DNA of 64,000 bases from Felis catus (taxonomy: Eukaryota), in contig NC_058382.1 in assembly GCF_018350175.1 (NCBI RefSeq), forward strand, positions 56,670,001-56,734,000, given 5' to 3'. The notes under the pieces were generated by a model. It worked only from the letters and a program-made list of their open reading frames with translations. It did not search any database and was not told the origin of the DNA. Positions 1 to 11,756 of the stretch are shown in pieces (position 1 is the stretch's first letter; every line of letters begins with the position of its first letter). The position numbers and the translations under genes were made by a program.

Positions 1-493
1 AAAGAGATCTAAATGATCTAGGGACAACGGGTCCCATTGTTCACAGTTTACCTGGAAATTCATATGTAGCGCAAGTCAGGCGTGAATTATCTGCCTGTTT
101 CCTATTCTAGCTTCATCATTACCTCACGCTGTAACGGAAGAGAGATGACGATCACGAAAATACTCATCCTTTATGTATCCGTTCATTGATTCATTCATGC
201 AGGCAGCAAATGTTTGCCAAACTCTTACTACATACAGAGCATTACCCTGGTGCCTTTGAAGACTTCCATGCTTTGAGTTACACAGATTTTAACCCAAAAA
301 ACTAAATAATGTTCGTATTAGCGTATTCTTAAACATTACATCCTATGTATATTTTCATATTCAGTGGTATTAATATTTCTGCCACCATGTGGGAAATCGA
401 GAAGAGACAGTATCTCTGCGCTCAGTGAGCTTCAAATCCAGAAGAGAGTTCTGGAGGTGTCTCTTTGTTTCAGGGGTTTGAGTGCAGGATTTT

Positions 494-688
494 ATTTTAT
501 TTTTTTTAATGTTTGAGAGAGGTGGCGGGGGGCGGGTAGGGGAGGGGCAGAGAGAGAGGAAGACACAGAATCTGAAGCAGCTCCAGGCTTCTGGAGCCTT
601 CCCAACATGGGGCTCGAACTCACAAACCGGGAGATCATGACCTGAGCTGAGGTCGGACGCTCAGCTGACTGAGCCACCCAGGCTCCCC
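494..688 (-). mobile_element. Can-SINE (tRNA-derived carnivore SINE)
   Basis: Reverse-complement SINE body ending ...gagccacccaggctcccc; 17-bp TSD tttgagtgcag[g/a]atttt at 477-493 and 689-705. Confidence 0.93.
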
Positions 689-748
689 TTTGAGTGCAGA
701 ATTTTAAAAGTGCCTCTACTTTCCGAGACCTGACATCAGTAATGCTAA

Positions 749-963
749 GATGGGGTCTCCGAGCCCGGGCTCTCTGGGCAGTGGGGGCCACATATTCTTT
801 GTGGCCTGGGGGTGTCCTGGGCATTGCAGGGGGCTTGCTTACTTGCACCCACCGCGGGCAAGTGGTATCACATGCCCTGTCCCAGCTGCACCAGCCAAAA
901 ATGTCTCCAGACACTGCACCGTATCCCTTGAGGGATAACCTCCCGCCCCGTTGAAATCCACTG
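749..963 (-). mobile_element. MER20-like hAT-Charlie MITE
   Basis: Matches reverse complement of MER20: attctttgt..gtcctgggcattgcagg...ccaaaaatgtctccagacactgc...ccccgttgaaatccactg. Confidence 0.8.
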
Positions 964-1276
964 CTCTAAGGAAAACTGCAATGACTTGTAAAACAATCCC
1001 TTAAATTCATTAAACAACAACAACAATACACGATTTCCTTTGGTTTCTTCTATATTTGAAGAAATATATTTGAGAAAATATTTGAGAAAAACTCTCGTAT
1101 TTGAGAGTTTTGCTACCTCGTGCAAATCTAATACAAAGATTTCTTATTACCTGGGAATATTAGGGATAGAGATCCCACTTAACATTGCTGTTTTTGAAGG
1201 GTTTTAGGCAGCATGGGATCATTCAGCAGAGTATCCTGTATCCTTTAAAAAAGAGCTGCATTAAAAAGGCATGGTA

Positions 1277-1317
1277 GGGGCACCTGGGTGGCGCAGTCGG
1301 TTAAGCGTCCGACTTCG
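1277..1317 (+). mobile_element. Can-SINE 5' head only (3'-truncated)
   Basis: ggggcacctgggtggcgcagtcggttaagcgtccgacttcg, then an abrupt switch to unrelated sequence. Confidence 0.85.
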
Positions 1318-1800
1318 CTCCACGTGTTACAACGTATTACATATCTGACTCCAGTTGGTGCTTAAAGAACCAGCCTGCTCCAGGGTAAGGTGCATTTGAG
1401 CAGGGAAGTCTATCGCACTTCAAACTAAGCCCGTGGTGACTGCAGCTGCATATAGATGCTCGTGGCCGCTGTTAAAGGAACGAGCAACTGTCTCAAGTAG
1501 AAGGTGTTCGCGTTTGTAAGAACAGGGCTGTCTTCCTGTTTGAAGGTACTTAAACCTGCATCAGGAGTATATACTTTGTGCCAGTTTGATTCTGTTCTCT
1601 TCGGGGTGTGGGGTGGAAATCCTTAGTTAACTAATGTGCTTGGTGGTCAGCATATCCGATGATTTAGTGGTGACGTCATTAGGGGGCCCCAAAGCCCAAC
1701 ATTTGGGAAATGGGTTGCATTTTATTGATTTCTTCGCCTGCACCTGTCCCTCTGTACTTTGGTGTGCCTTCTGAATGTGCTGTTCTGGGTGGTTATTTTA

Positions 1801-2010
1801 ATTTTTTTAAATGTGTATTTATTTTTGAGAGAGAGTCAGAGCGTGAGCAGGGGAGGAGCAGAGAGAGAGAGGGAGACACAGAATCTGAAGCAACCTCCAG
1901 GCTCCAAGGGGTAAGCACAAAGCCCAATGCAGGGCTCGAACTCACAAACCGCAAGATCATGACCTGAGCTGAAATCAGACGCTTAACTGACTGAGCCACC
2001 CAGGCGTCCG
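1801..2010 (-). mobile_element. Can-SINE
   Basis: Full reverse-complement SINE; tggttattttaa repeated on both flanks. Confidence 0.92.
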
Positions 2011-2129
2011 TCCCATAGTTGGTTATTTTAAATGGCAGCCCCCACATCTAAAATAAGCTCTACTTTTTTTTTAATTATGTGATATTTTCTAGCTTGTGTG
2101 TGCTGATCAGTCCGCTTCTATTTCTTGGC

Positions 2130-2520
2130 CAGTTATCAATTGCTCTAAAATGAAATCTCTCGAAACTTAGTGGCTCAAAACACAACTATTTACTGGTTGG
2201 CGATTCTGCGCATCGGGATGGGTTCAGCCGGATGGTTCTCATGTTGGCGGTGCCTGATGTTTGCTCATGTACGCGTGACTGCCGTCATCTGGAGGCTCAG
2301 CTGGGGCTCGATGATCCAGCTTACATGTCTGAGGGTTAGTTAGGGGTGAAGCCGGGGAGCATTAGCTCACAGACATGTGGCCAGAGAGCCCCGATCTCCT
2401 CAGATGGCAGCCGGGCTCCTGGAGGACAGGTTCCAGTACACAAGCACTTTCTTGCCTCTGTTTGTCTGTTTCCGCGGCCGAAGGAAGTCACATGGGTAGG
2501 CCCAAAGCGATCTTACCTCC
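2130..2520 (-). mobile_element. MaLR LTR fragment (MLT1F/G/H-like)
   Basis: aaacttagtggctcaaaacacaactatttac...gggttcagccggatggttctc...gtcatctggaggctcagctgggg, typical of MLT1. Confidence 0.65.
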
Positions 2521-2829
2521 TGACAGACTGTCTCTGCATTCAAGACACTTTAGATAAGTGGAAACCAATCTAAATAGTTGACAATGCATGAGGCAGTGAC
2601 TGGATGTTTCTACTTTTCTCTAAAATAATGTCATCTAGCTCTAGGCTAAAGCAACAAAACTCACTCTCTAGGGTGATCCTATTTAATAAAATATATTTAT
2701 TTGTTTTCTTCCATCTTTACTTCCTGCCTGTATCCGAAGATTAGCCGTGGCTGCAAACAAATGCAAACCAGGCTCCGAACAAGATGGGCTTTTACTCTCC
2801 TCTCATTTCTTTCTTGCTCCTGTAATCAA

Positions 2830-3150
2830 AGCCAGAGGGAGGTGTGCTGGGCTTCCCTTGGAGCTCCATGGTCATCAGAGACTCAGGGACTCAGATGCCT
2901 TCTGTCTTTCTGCTCTACCTCCCCATCACATGGCTTCTATTCGAAGGGCCACCTAATGGTCCAAAACGGTTGCTGAAACTATAGTCATCTCATCTGCAGT
3001 ACAGGTAGAAGGAAGTGAGGAAAGGGGGTGCCACAAAAGCGCTCATCTCCTGGTTGAGGTTCCTTACAAGGACCTCACGCACAATGCTTCTGTTACGTCT
3101 CGGTGTCTAAACCTGAGCCCATGGCCAGATTAGCTGCCGGAGATGCTGAG
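2830..3150 (-). mobile_element. Old MaLR LTR fragment (MLT1J/K/L-like)
   Basis: cagggactcagatgccttctgtctttctgctct...atggtccaaaacggttgctg...gcagtacaggtagaaggaag. Confidence 0.5.
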
Positions 3151-3693
3151 ATGTCTAGTACCTGGGCTGGTCAGCAGTGTGGCCAGCTAAAATCAGGAGC
3201 GAAGGAAGAATGAATATTAAGCAGCAACCCATAGTTTGGGCCATTGTCCCTTTCGCAAAGCAGAACTCAGGTCCTGGCTCATGGGATAATTAGCTAGGTG
3301 GCCTTCTCAGTCTTCATTTTGTTGCCTGTACAATGGGCTTACCAATATGACATGCCTCCCGTGGTCAGCATAGGATCAAACGTGAAACCTGCATCACATG
3401 ATGTGATCTCATTGTGTCTCCACTGTCTCCTATGCTGCTGGGTCCTGGGACCACATGAGAGAACTTTCCTGTTCCTAAAGGGGGGTGGAAGGAAGAAGGG
3501 TGAACTTTCTATTGGGTGCGCCATCTTCTTAAGTTGTAATTTATCACCAGTGGACACATGGACAGCATTTAGTTCATGTCCTTGGGGAAAGAATTGGCCA
3601 CTGGCAGGGCCAAAAGCTGAAAATGGGTGAATCATAACCTGTTTTGTTTGGCCTTCCTTGCCTCACTCAGTGATCTTTTATTTTTAAAATTTC

Positions 3694-3780
3694 GAACTGG
3701 TGTCCAACGCATAAACATTTCGATAGTTTACATGAAAATTCAAAACCCCATCTTTTCTTGGAAAACAAAGGGTCTAGCCT
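3694..3780 (-). mobile_element. MER103-like hAT fragment
   Basis: gaactggtgtccaac...tttacatgaaaattcaaaac...cttttcttggaaaacaaagggtctagc resembles the reverse complement of MER103C. Confidence 0.45.
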
Positions 3781-4952
3781 CTCCAGACGTGCATTTCAGA
3801 AATGTGTCAATCACCTTAAGCTAAAAGGCGGCTGCCCCTTGGGCAGGATGCAGACCCTCCAGTTTGCCACAGTCCACAGTGCTCCCAGTTGTCTTGAAAT
3901 CATTCTGCTCATGTTAAGTTACCCATGTGGGCATTGGATGGACATTTGAGCTTCTCCCTCCTGGCCCAGTTCCCTGACCTCACTCTGGGAATAGGGTCAG
4001 AGAATCTCACTGTCAGGGCCGATGGGACCCAGCTGCTGTCAGAGGAAAGGCCACAGGTCATTGACATCCTCATCAAAACTGTCATTATCAAGAACGCTGT
4101 GGATCTGATGCACAGTACGATCATTATATGCAAAATATGAGAGGAATCAGTTCTGGCAAATGACAGTCCCTAGATAATAGGGGGAAGAGAGGGAAGCCCC
4201 CCCCCAAAGAAGCAACCAAGTGACAAAACTAAATCTCCCAGGCTTTGCCTTAGGTCTCTCCCCTTTCGTCCCCTGCTTCTGAGCACGGCTTTCTTTAATA
4301 GTCTCCACACCCAGAGCAGAGAGCCAACCTCTCTTTCCTACTCCACCTGCGAGCCCAGTGTTGGAGAGATAAGCAGAAAAACCTAAAGTGAATTATGAGG
4401 AGCAGATTCCATTTGGACACCCCCTCAAATGAAGATAAAGCGGGTATGAAATGCTAATGTAGGTCAATGGGAAAATAAGACATTATTTATGATTCATTAC
4501 GTGGGTGACTTTTCAGGAGTACACGCACTGCAGAACGGGGGCTGCCTCTGCATGCCTATCAAATTGCTGTGGTTATCTTTTGTCCACTAATCGCTTGACA
4601 GTTTCCCTATTAGTCGCCACGTACGCAGAAACATTGACAAGACCAGAGGAAGCTGATTCACGCGTGCGTGCACTCAACAGAAGTCTCCAGGCTTGCCCGA
4701 GGGAAGAAAGGAGTTGTGTCCCTATGAGATTTTAATTAATCCCTGCTTCTGCAGATACTGAGCACGGGTCCTAGAGCTAGGAAGTGTCTGGGTCCCGCAA
4801 GGTTTCGCTCATCACCATCACACATAGCACTGGGCCCCCCCTGCCCCCAGAACTGAGCGGCAAATTGCGGCAGTCAATAAAAATAACAATAAAACTTAAC
4901 ATCTCTCGAGTATTTACCGTCGCCCGGGCATTGAACTTTATATCCGTTAATT

Positions 4953-5190
4953 TGTACATTCTCGGTGGGGACAATATCACCCCGAGGAGGAGAAAATTGG
5001 TGTTTGGGGGGACATTAAAAGTATTGGATATTGCAATGGTTTGCGACCCTCCAAAGGGGTCATAGTACCTGAATAGATATACAGTATATCCATGGCAGGC
5101 ATGGCAGGTTGGGGGGGGGGGGAGGTCTAAGAAGATTCTGGAAGGGAGGGATAGTAATAATGAATTTTAAAAAAAGGTTGAGAAATACCG
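4953..5190. mobile_element. hAT-Charlie-type MITE (subfamily not assigned)
   Basis: Begins tacattctcggtggggacaatatcacccc, internal gatattgcaatggtttgcgaccctccaaaggg...agatatacagtatatc, ends aaaaaggttgagaaataccg. Confidence 0.55.
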
Positions 5191-5568
5191 CATTAATACA
5201 TTCGATGCCTACAAAGCCCATCACAGGAGATACTGTTTTGTAGATGAAGAAGTTGAAGAAGTGAAGGAATTTGTCCAACGAGGCCCGGCCAGTACGTGGG
5301 GAGGCCAGGAGTTAAAGCCACACTCGAGCCCTGCTCTGCTTTGAGTTTGCACACCTGCTTCGCTCACTCTTCACCGTTAAGAACTGTAGGAGAGAGCTGG
5401 TTGTGTCCCCTGCGTGGCGGGAAGCAGTCCCACAGCAGCGGGACAGAATGAGTCCAATGAATGGTCGGGGTCCGTGTGGCTCAAGGCTCGTTCGGCCACA
5501 GTTCGCACGTCTGTACTCTGGCAGTCATGTCCAGGAGATGCGTCTGTGTCTGAAAGCAAACTCGGCCT

Positions 5569-5659
5569 GGCAGCGACAAGCTCATTCTGGTTTGCCCGGG
5601 ACCGTCCTGCAATGGTCCTCGGTCCCGGGGCAAAAGCTGGCAGCTTTGTTGGCATCCCA
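5569..5659. mobile_element. MER81-like hAT-Blackjack MITE, internally deleted
   Basis: ctcattctggtttgcccgggaccgtcc...ctcggtcccggggcaaa...gttggcatccca; palindromic arms like MER81. Confidence 0.55.
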
Positions 5660-6020
5660 CGTCTGCCATCGCTAGTTGGACGTGTGGAACCAGGGTGCCC
5701 AGGACACCTCCAAACTGAGGAGTCTCAAGAGGAGTATAATTTGTTTCAAATTAGCATCACCTCAACTACACATAGCCCCAGATGCTTCTATGCCCCCATC
5801 GCCTGGATGAGCAAGTTGGTGCACTAAATGTCTCAGGACTTTTCTCATGACGTGGGAATAAACACACGAGGAGTAAGTCAGGCAATCCAGCATCCGTGGT
5901 CACACCCTCTTTTTAAGCAGCCTTTGCCACACATCTCTTAGGACACTTAGTTACGGAGATTGGTGTCCGGGTGGCATCAGAACGCACTACCCACCTCCTC
6001 CTGTGAGGTTGAAGCTTTTT

Positions 6021-6236
6021 TTTTTTTTTTTTCCAACGTTTATTTATTTTTGGGACAGAGAGAGACAGAGCATGAACGGGGGAGGGGCAGAGAGAGAGGG
6101 AGACACAGAATCGGAAACAGGCTCCAGGCTCTGAGCCATCAGCCCAGAGCCTGACGCGGGGCTCGAACTCCTGGACCGCGAGATCGTGACCTGGCTGAAG
6201 TCGGACGCTTAACCGACTGCACCACCCAGGCGCCCC
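6021..6236 (-). mobile_element. Young felid-specific Can-SINE (SINEC_Fc-like)
   Basis: Near-consensus body with most CpGs intact; perfect 16-bp TSD gaggttgaagcttttt at 6005-6020 and 6237-6252. Confidence 0.96.
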
Positions 6237-7876
6237 GAGGTTGAAGCTTTTTGACGATGTGCCGTTTTGTCACATGCAGGGGCTCACTTGGTGACATCTG
6301 CCATCCCTGGAAAGCAGGCAGTTGCCCCAGCTGGGCTCTCAGAAATCCCGGGCCAGTTACAGATCAGAATGTCCATGTCTCAATATACTTCTTGCTTATG
6401 AGACCGTGGTTTATAAAAAAGAAAAAAAAGGAGCCTGACCATTTTGGTCGGGTGAAGGAGACGTTTTGGGACGAGGTCAAAGAAATTTCAAGAACAGAAT
6501 CATTTTGTTGCCTGTGGCACAGAGTGAGCCGTATTTTAGGGCCTCCCCACCCCATCTGAGGCTAGCTGGCCTTTCGTGGAGTTCGAAAGCAGCCCCTCAC
6601 CACGCCTCACAGGTGTGGCTGCGCTTGAAGTCACAGGGAAGCAAAACTTCAAACACCAGCATGTAAGGTCCTAACACGAGGCGGCACTTTCTTTAATCAG
6701 AGACATGCGGCCAAGAGGAAGGGACTGTCTTGGACCAAGTCAAAACGATCATAATCGTTTATCAGCCTTTCATGTTGGCGGCCGTGTCCTTCCACCAAAG
6801 AAAATGACAGGCTGACTTGAGACTCTCAACTAGCAGCCTCTAATTCTTTTATTTGCTCTAGAGGGGCTGTTGCTAGTTCATCTGGGAGTGACAGGGTGAT
6901 TATCATTTATTTTGCCACTCAGGAGAATATTATGATGGGGGAGAAGGCAGAAATGTGTTTCAGAGGACCCACACGGGTGTCTATCATATAATTATCTTCC
7001 CTCTGCCATCGTGAAGCGCACATAGACATGAGATACGCATGGATGCGGAAGCCTCTGGGCTGATGGAAATGAGTGGGCCCTTCTTCTGAGAGTCCAGGGT
7101 GTGGGCTCGGGCAAAGGGTAAGGCGCCTTTGCGCCAAAGGGTGCCCCCCATGGGCACCAGAGCTGCTATCCTGGTGCCTACCTGCTGAATCCAGTTCCAA
7201 CGAGGGCCTCCAAGGGCCAAAAATATATCTACATATTCAGAGGTGGTAGTGAAGCGTGCCTGACTCTGAAAAATGTGCAGGAAATGTTGTCCACGCTTCT
7301 CAGTAACAAGTGCTTTATGGTTTATGGTCAGTGTGAAATAAGACAAGGCTTGAGTGAATTGCAAGAATGCGATTGTCATCAACATTGATAGAGGACCTCC
7401 TGCATGGAGACACTGAGCTTATGAAGATGAACAGAACACAGTCTGTCCCCTCCGAGAGCTCAAGTTTAGGACCAGGCGGCCCATCACATAAAGATGCTCT
7501 TAAAGCGAAGAGGCTCCATCAACAGAGCAGTTAGGGAAACGCTGAGAGTCTGTTCTCTCTTGGAGATTTATGATACACATTTGCTCACTAAAGACAGGAG
7601 GCTTCCTCCAGGATAGAAACTTGCGTAACTACGGTTATTGTGTGTTTCCCAAATCGGTTTCTCTGCTGAGCTCACGGAACCAGAGTTCCTTGGATACAGT
7701 TCAGGAAATGCTGGTTTATCCAGCCATGGACGAACTGGAAATATGAAAATCATGAGCCAGCCCCCAGGGGAGGGGCTAGCAAGAGCGGGGTGTTGGGCCC
7801 ATTGGATGGACTGGGACTCAGGATAGAACCTTGATCCCAGAGGAAGATGAGAGTATCACAGCGTAGCCTACAGCAC

Positions 7877-7880
7877 GTGT

Positions 7881-7911
<31 letters not shown>
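7877..7911. repeat. (GT)n microsatellite, one interruption
   Basis: gtgtgtgtgagtgtgtgt... seen directly. Confidence 0.95.
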
Positions 7912-8254
7912 AGCACACGTTCATGTGTATGTGTTCGTATAAAGCTGTGATCTTTGCAGCAGAAACCCATATCTGCAAACTAAGACCACAGACACGGTAC
8001 AAGGGAGAGGGTGAGGCAGGGCAACTCAGAGACGATGGACAGCTGGGCTCACCGCAGCAGGTACCAGGTTCCGTGGACAGCTCTGTGGTCTGAGGCCATT
8101 GCCTACACCCCCATGATGGCTCAGAACCCTGAACAGGTTTGGTAAGAAAAGGCATCCTCCTCAAAACACTCAAAGGACTTGTACCGAGTCCTTTAATATG
8201 GTATCCCATGCGACCTTACAAAGACCAAAGAGGAAAGTGTTACTAATATCTTCT

Positions 8255-8330
8255 TGTTGCAATTGGGGAAACTGAGGCTTGGGTAGGGCTGAATCACTTG
8301 CCCATGTTCACACAGCAAAACTTGAACCTA
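8255..8330 (-). mobile_element. MIR fragment
   Basis: ggggaaactgaggctt...cacttgcccatgttcacacagc, MIR core. Confidence 0.65.
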
Positions 8331-9186
8331 AACGTCACCCAAGGTCATTTTCATCAATGCTACAAACGTGTTGATGCGACTTAGGACGTTATTCAGTCTC
8401 TATGGAGGTGAGCCGCAGACATTAATCCTGTTCTGTACCCACATCTGGGCTAGGACAAAGGCAGCACATAAGATCAAGTTCATTTGCTCCCGAACGATTC
8501 GTTAAAATAAAAAGCATTTCCTGGGTAAACTTGGGAACATTCCAGTATAACCTTGTGTTAGGTTATGAAATCTGTAACAATAACCACCAAAAAAGACATC
8601 ATCAGTGAATTTCCTGGTGAAAATTGAAAGTCCATGAGCCTCGAGATCTTTTTTCCTTCCCCTCATCCTTTCAGTGGGAGCCGTGACACATGCAAGCCTC
8701 ACGACTTCACTTTTAGACGTCATTTTGCTCGTTCATCTAGGACTTCGATTAAAAGCACATTAAATAGGGCAAAGACTCCATCAGTCAAGCATTCATTGGA
8801 CATTAACAAAGTGCAAGGCACTGGGTCATACATACTTAACCAGAGACAATTTCCTGTGGAATTGATAGTGTTGAGGCCTCCTTCATGCCTCTGGCCACAA
8901 GGAACTCGCTTAGCACGTCCCTGGCGAGTTTATAGGCCTGAAAACTGCCTCTGATTTCTGAAGGGATCCTCATTAAAGTGTCTTGTCCTCCTAGACCAGC
9001 GAGGCAAATAAGTGTCACCCATCACACCAGTGTTCCTAGATAGAGAGTGGCTGCCTGGACCAGCAGGTTGAGAAAAGGCCCTGATTCCGTTGTGTGCTTC
9101 CATGAGAAACAAAGTTCCAGACTGTTTCCTAATATTTTCCAAAGACAAGGGGCAAGATAAGGTAGGGGCAGAAGCCAAGACATTTC

Positions 9187-9403
9187 TTTTTTTATATATA
9201 CAATTTTTTAAATGTTTATTTATTTTTGAGAGAGGGCGTGAGCAGGGGAGGGGCAGACAGAGAGACAGACACAGAATCCGAAGCAGGCTCCAGGGTCTGA
9301 GCCATCAGCACAGAGCCCAGTGCAGGGCTCAAACCCACAAACCGTGAGATCATGACCTGAGCCGAAGTCAGACACTTAACCGACTGAGCCACCCAGGCGC
9401 CCC
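9187..9403 (-). mobile_element. Can-SINE
   Basis: Full reverse-complement SINE ending gagccacccaggcgcccc; degenerate TSD ccaaga(c)atttct. Confidence 0.93.
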
Positions 9404-9825
9404 CAAGATTTCTCTCTTCTTGCCGTGGACCCTGAAGTTTGCCTTGGGACGATTTCACAAAGAAACAAAGAAGTGCAAAGAAACATGGTAGAGTAGAAAA
9501 TGTGCCTGATGTATCTGGCCTAATGGCAACACTGAGACGGCTCTAGAAATCCATTCAACTTTAGGGTGATTGGATCCCCTCATTTGCCTGATCAATCAGA
9601 CCTAATGGCTCATAATCTGATTCTGATTGTGGGGAAAAAGTAAAGTGCTTTGGATGGTTTGAGAAGCACTGTTATAGATGGAACAAGAATAACAGGATGG
9701 CAGCTGAGCCAGATGAATTTCATGTTTACTTTACGGTTCAATATTTCCCACATGTGAATACTTCTGGGAACTATTGGACGGTACTGCTTTCATCTGTTAC
9801 CCGTTAGTTCACATTACCCACATTT

Positions 9826-10456
9826 TGTGGGTCCAGAAGGGGTCAGAATCCACAGGTGGGCCCTATATTCTTAGAAGAGTAAACTACAATGAAAAGATAT
9901 AGTTTGGCAGGTCGCCCTGAGCCAAATACGATGGCTCACAATCGTCAAGACCCGCAGGTAAATGTACCTGATTCTGTTCTACCCCATGCTCCTATTGGGC
10001 TTGTGAAGTCAATACAGGGAAACCTCACTAAAGTGGAGCAGGGAGGCTGGCAAGGAAAAGGTTGGGAAGAGGAGTGCACCACTCCATATCAATTATAGGA
10101 GAATTGTCCAATAGAGACACAACAGAAGAATCATCAACAAGAAAAAATGATCAATTACAGGTCCCGACAAGGAAAGATGTACATTGCATCTAGTTCAAGA
10201 AATCGACCACCCCTACAACTCAACCAATGAGTAACTGTTATCACTTTGAACTCTTGCCTTTCTCCAGTGGACTTTCCTTCAATACAACCCCTCCCAACTT
10301 CTTCCTTCTTGATAAAATAACATCACTCTCCTTTGTTTGTTGGACTTGCCTATGGCTTTGCAGTAGTCTGCAGGTCCGGAATTGTAATTCTCTGCTATTC
10401 CTGAGTAACCCATTTTGCTAGTAGAATAACCAGTTGTTTTATTTTTTAGATTAGCA
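9826..10456 (+). mobile_element. ERV1-class solo LTR (carnivore MER34/CarLTR-like)
   Basis: TG...CA ends; CCAAT-like aaccaatgag; 3' part gtccggaattgtaattctctgctattcctgagtaacccattttgctagtagaataac resembles MER34-family R/U5. Confidence 0.65.
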
Positions 10457-10625
10457 GTATTTATAATTATTCATAATTATGATCTTTTTAAGTTGACACT
10501 GAATCACAAAAGTAATACATTCTCCTTGTAAAAATGATCAAAACGTTATAGGTTGCACCAAAATCTTACCTCCTCATCACCTTCCTTAATCCCAATCCCC
10601 CTTGTATTTTCCCAGATTTAACTGC

Positions 10626-11079
10626 TGTTGGGGAGGAAAAGTTTTCCTCTGGCCTTCAAGATTCTTCTGGCTGGTCTAAGAATCAAATTGACATGAGATA
10701 GATAAACAGGAGAAAATGGAACAAAAGTTTAGCAACCTGTATACGTCCTACATACATGGGAGAGACACAGGCAAATGGCTGAAGCCATCACCTTAAATAC
10801 CATCTTCAGCTAAAGATGGGGAGACGTAGGGGGAGAGGGGTGAGTTATGGGAGGTGACCAGGAAAAGTACAGTCAAGGAGGGTAGAGTTGTTATACGGGT
10901 TTAAGTCCCTGCCTTCTCCATTGATAAGAGTTTGTCAAGAGTTAGAGTCATCCTCTAAAGGTGTAACTTCTTGATTTTCAGAACTTCTCTTGTGACTGCA
11001 GCTTTTTAACAATAACCAGCTTAAAACGATCAATATGCCAAAGAGTCATATCTTGGGTGGCGAGATTTGCTCCCCTTCA
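10626..11079 (-). mobile_element. ERV1-class solo LTR (MER34/MER39-like)
   Basis: Minus-strand start tgaaggggagcaaatctcgccacccaagatatgactctttggcatattg matches the MER34-type 5' end; TG...CA termini; 4-bp flanks ctgc/ccac. Confidence 0.75.
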
Positions 11080-11460
11080 CCACCATGACCTGTGTGAAGT
11101 CCACTTTCGTAGACCTTCTATGCTTTTATGGACATAAACTGTATCTGCAAAATATGTATAAAGTTTTGTGGCAATTTCTATGTGCAAGCAGGTTCGCAAA
11201 AATGATACCATACTATGGGTAACATTCTTCAACGTGATAATTTCACATGGTACTCTTAGAGAGACTTCCATGTTAGAGCACATTAGACCTCCAACCTTTT
11301 TCTGCCCACTACAAATTTTTTCATAGTGTGGGGAATCCCATCATTTTAGCAAATCCTCTGTTGTTTGGACAGTGAGGTTGTTGGCAAATCTTTCACCATG
11401 ATGGGTAATCCTGCAGTGAACATCCTGCAAGAACGCTTTGTCGACACATGCAAGTGTTTC

Positions 11461-11488
11461 TTTTTTTTTTTTTAAGTTTATTTTTTTT

Positions 11489-11519
<31 letters not shown>

Positions 11520-11668
11520 CGTGAGAGAGGGAGAGAGAGAATCCCAAGCAGGCTCCATACTTTTAGCGTGCAGCCTGACACAGGGCTCGATCCCACAAAC
11601 TGTGAGATCGTGACCTGAGCCGAAATCAAGAATCAGACACTTAACCAAGTGAGCCACCCGGACGCCCC
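11461..11668 (-). mobile_element. Can-SINE (older cttgatttc-type subfamily)
   Basis: Reverse-complement SINE with (GA)n tract; TSD catgcaagtgtttctt / catgcaaatatttctt. Confidence 0.92.
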
Positions 11669-11714
11669 CTCCCATGCAAATATTTCTTGACAGTAGATGC
11701 CAAATGGGTACATA

Positions 11715-11717
11715 TTT

Positions 11718-11756
<39 letters not shown>

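Noticed and set aside
9826..11079. Proviral ERV bounded by paired LTRs
   Set aside because: The two LTRs differ in sequence, appear opposite in orientation, and are separated by 170 bp of L1-like DNA with no gag/pol/env.
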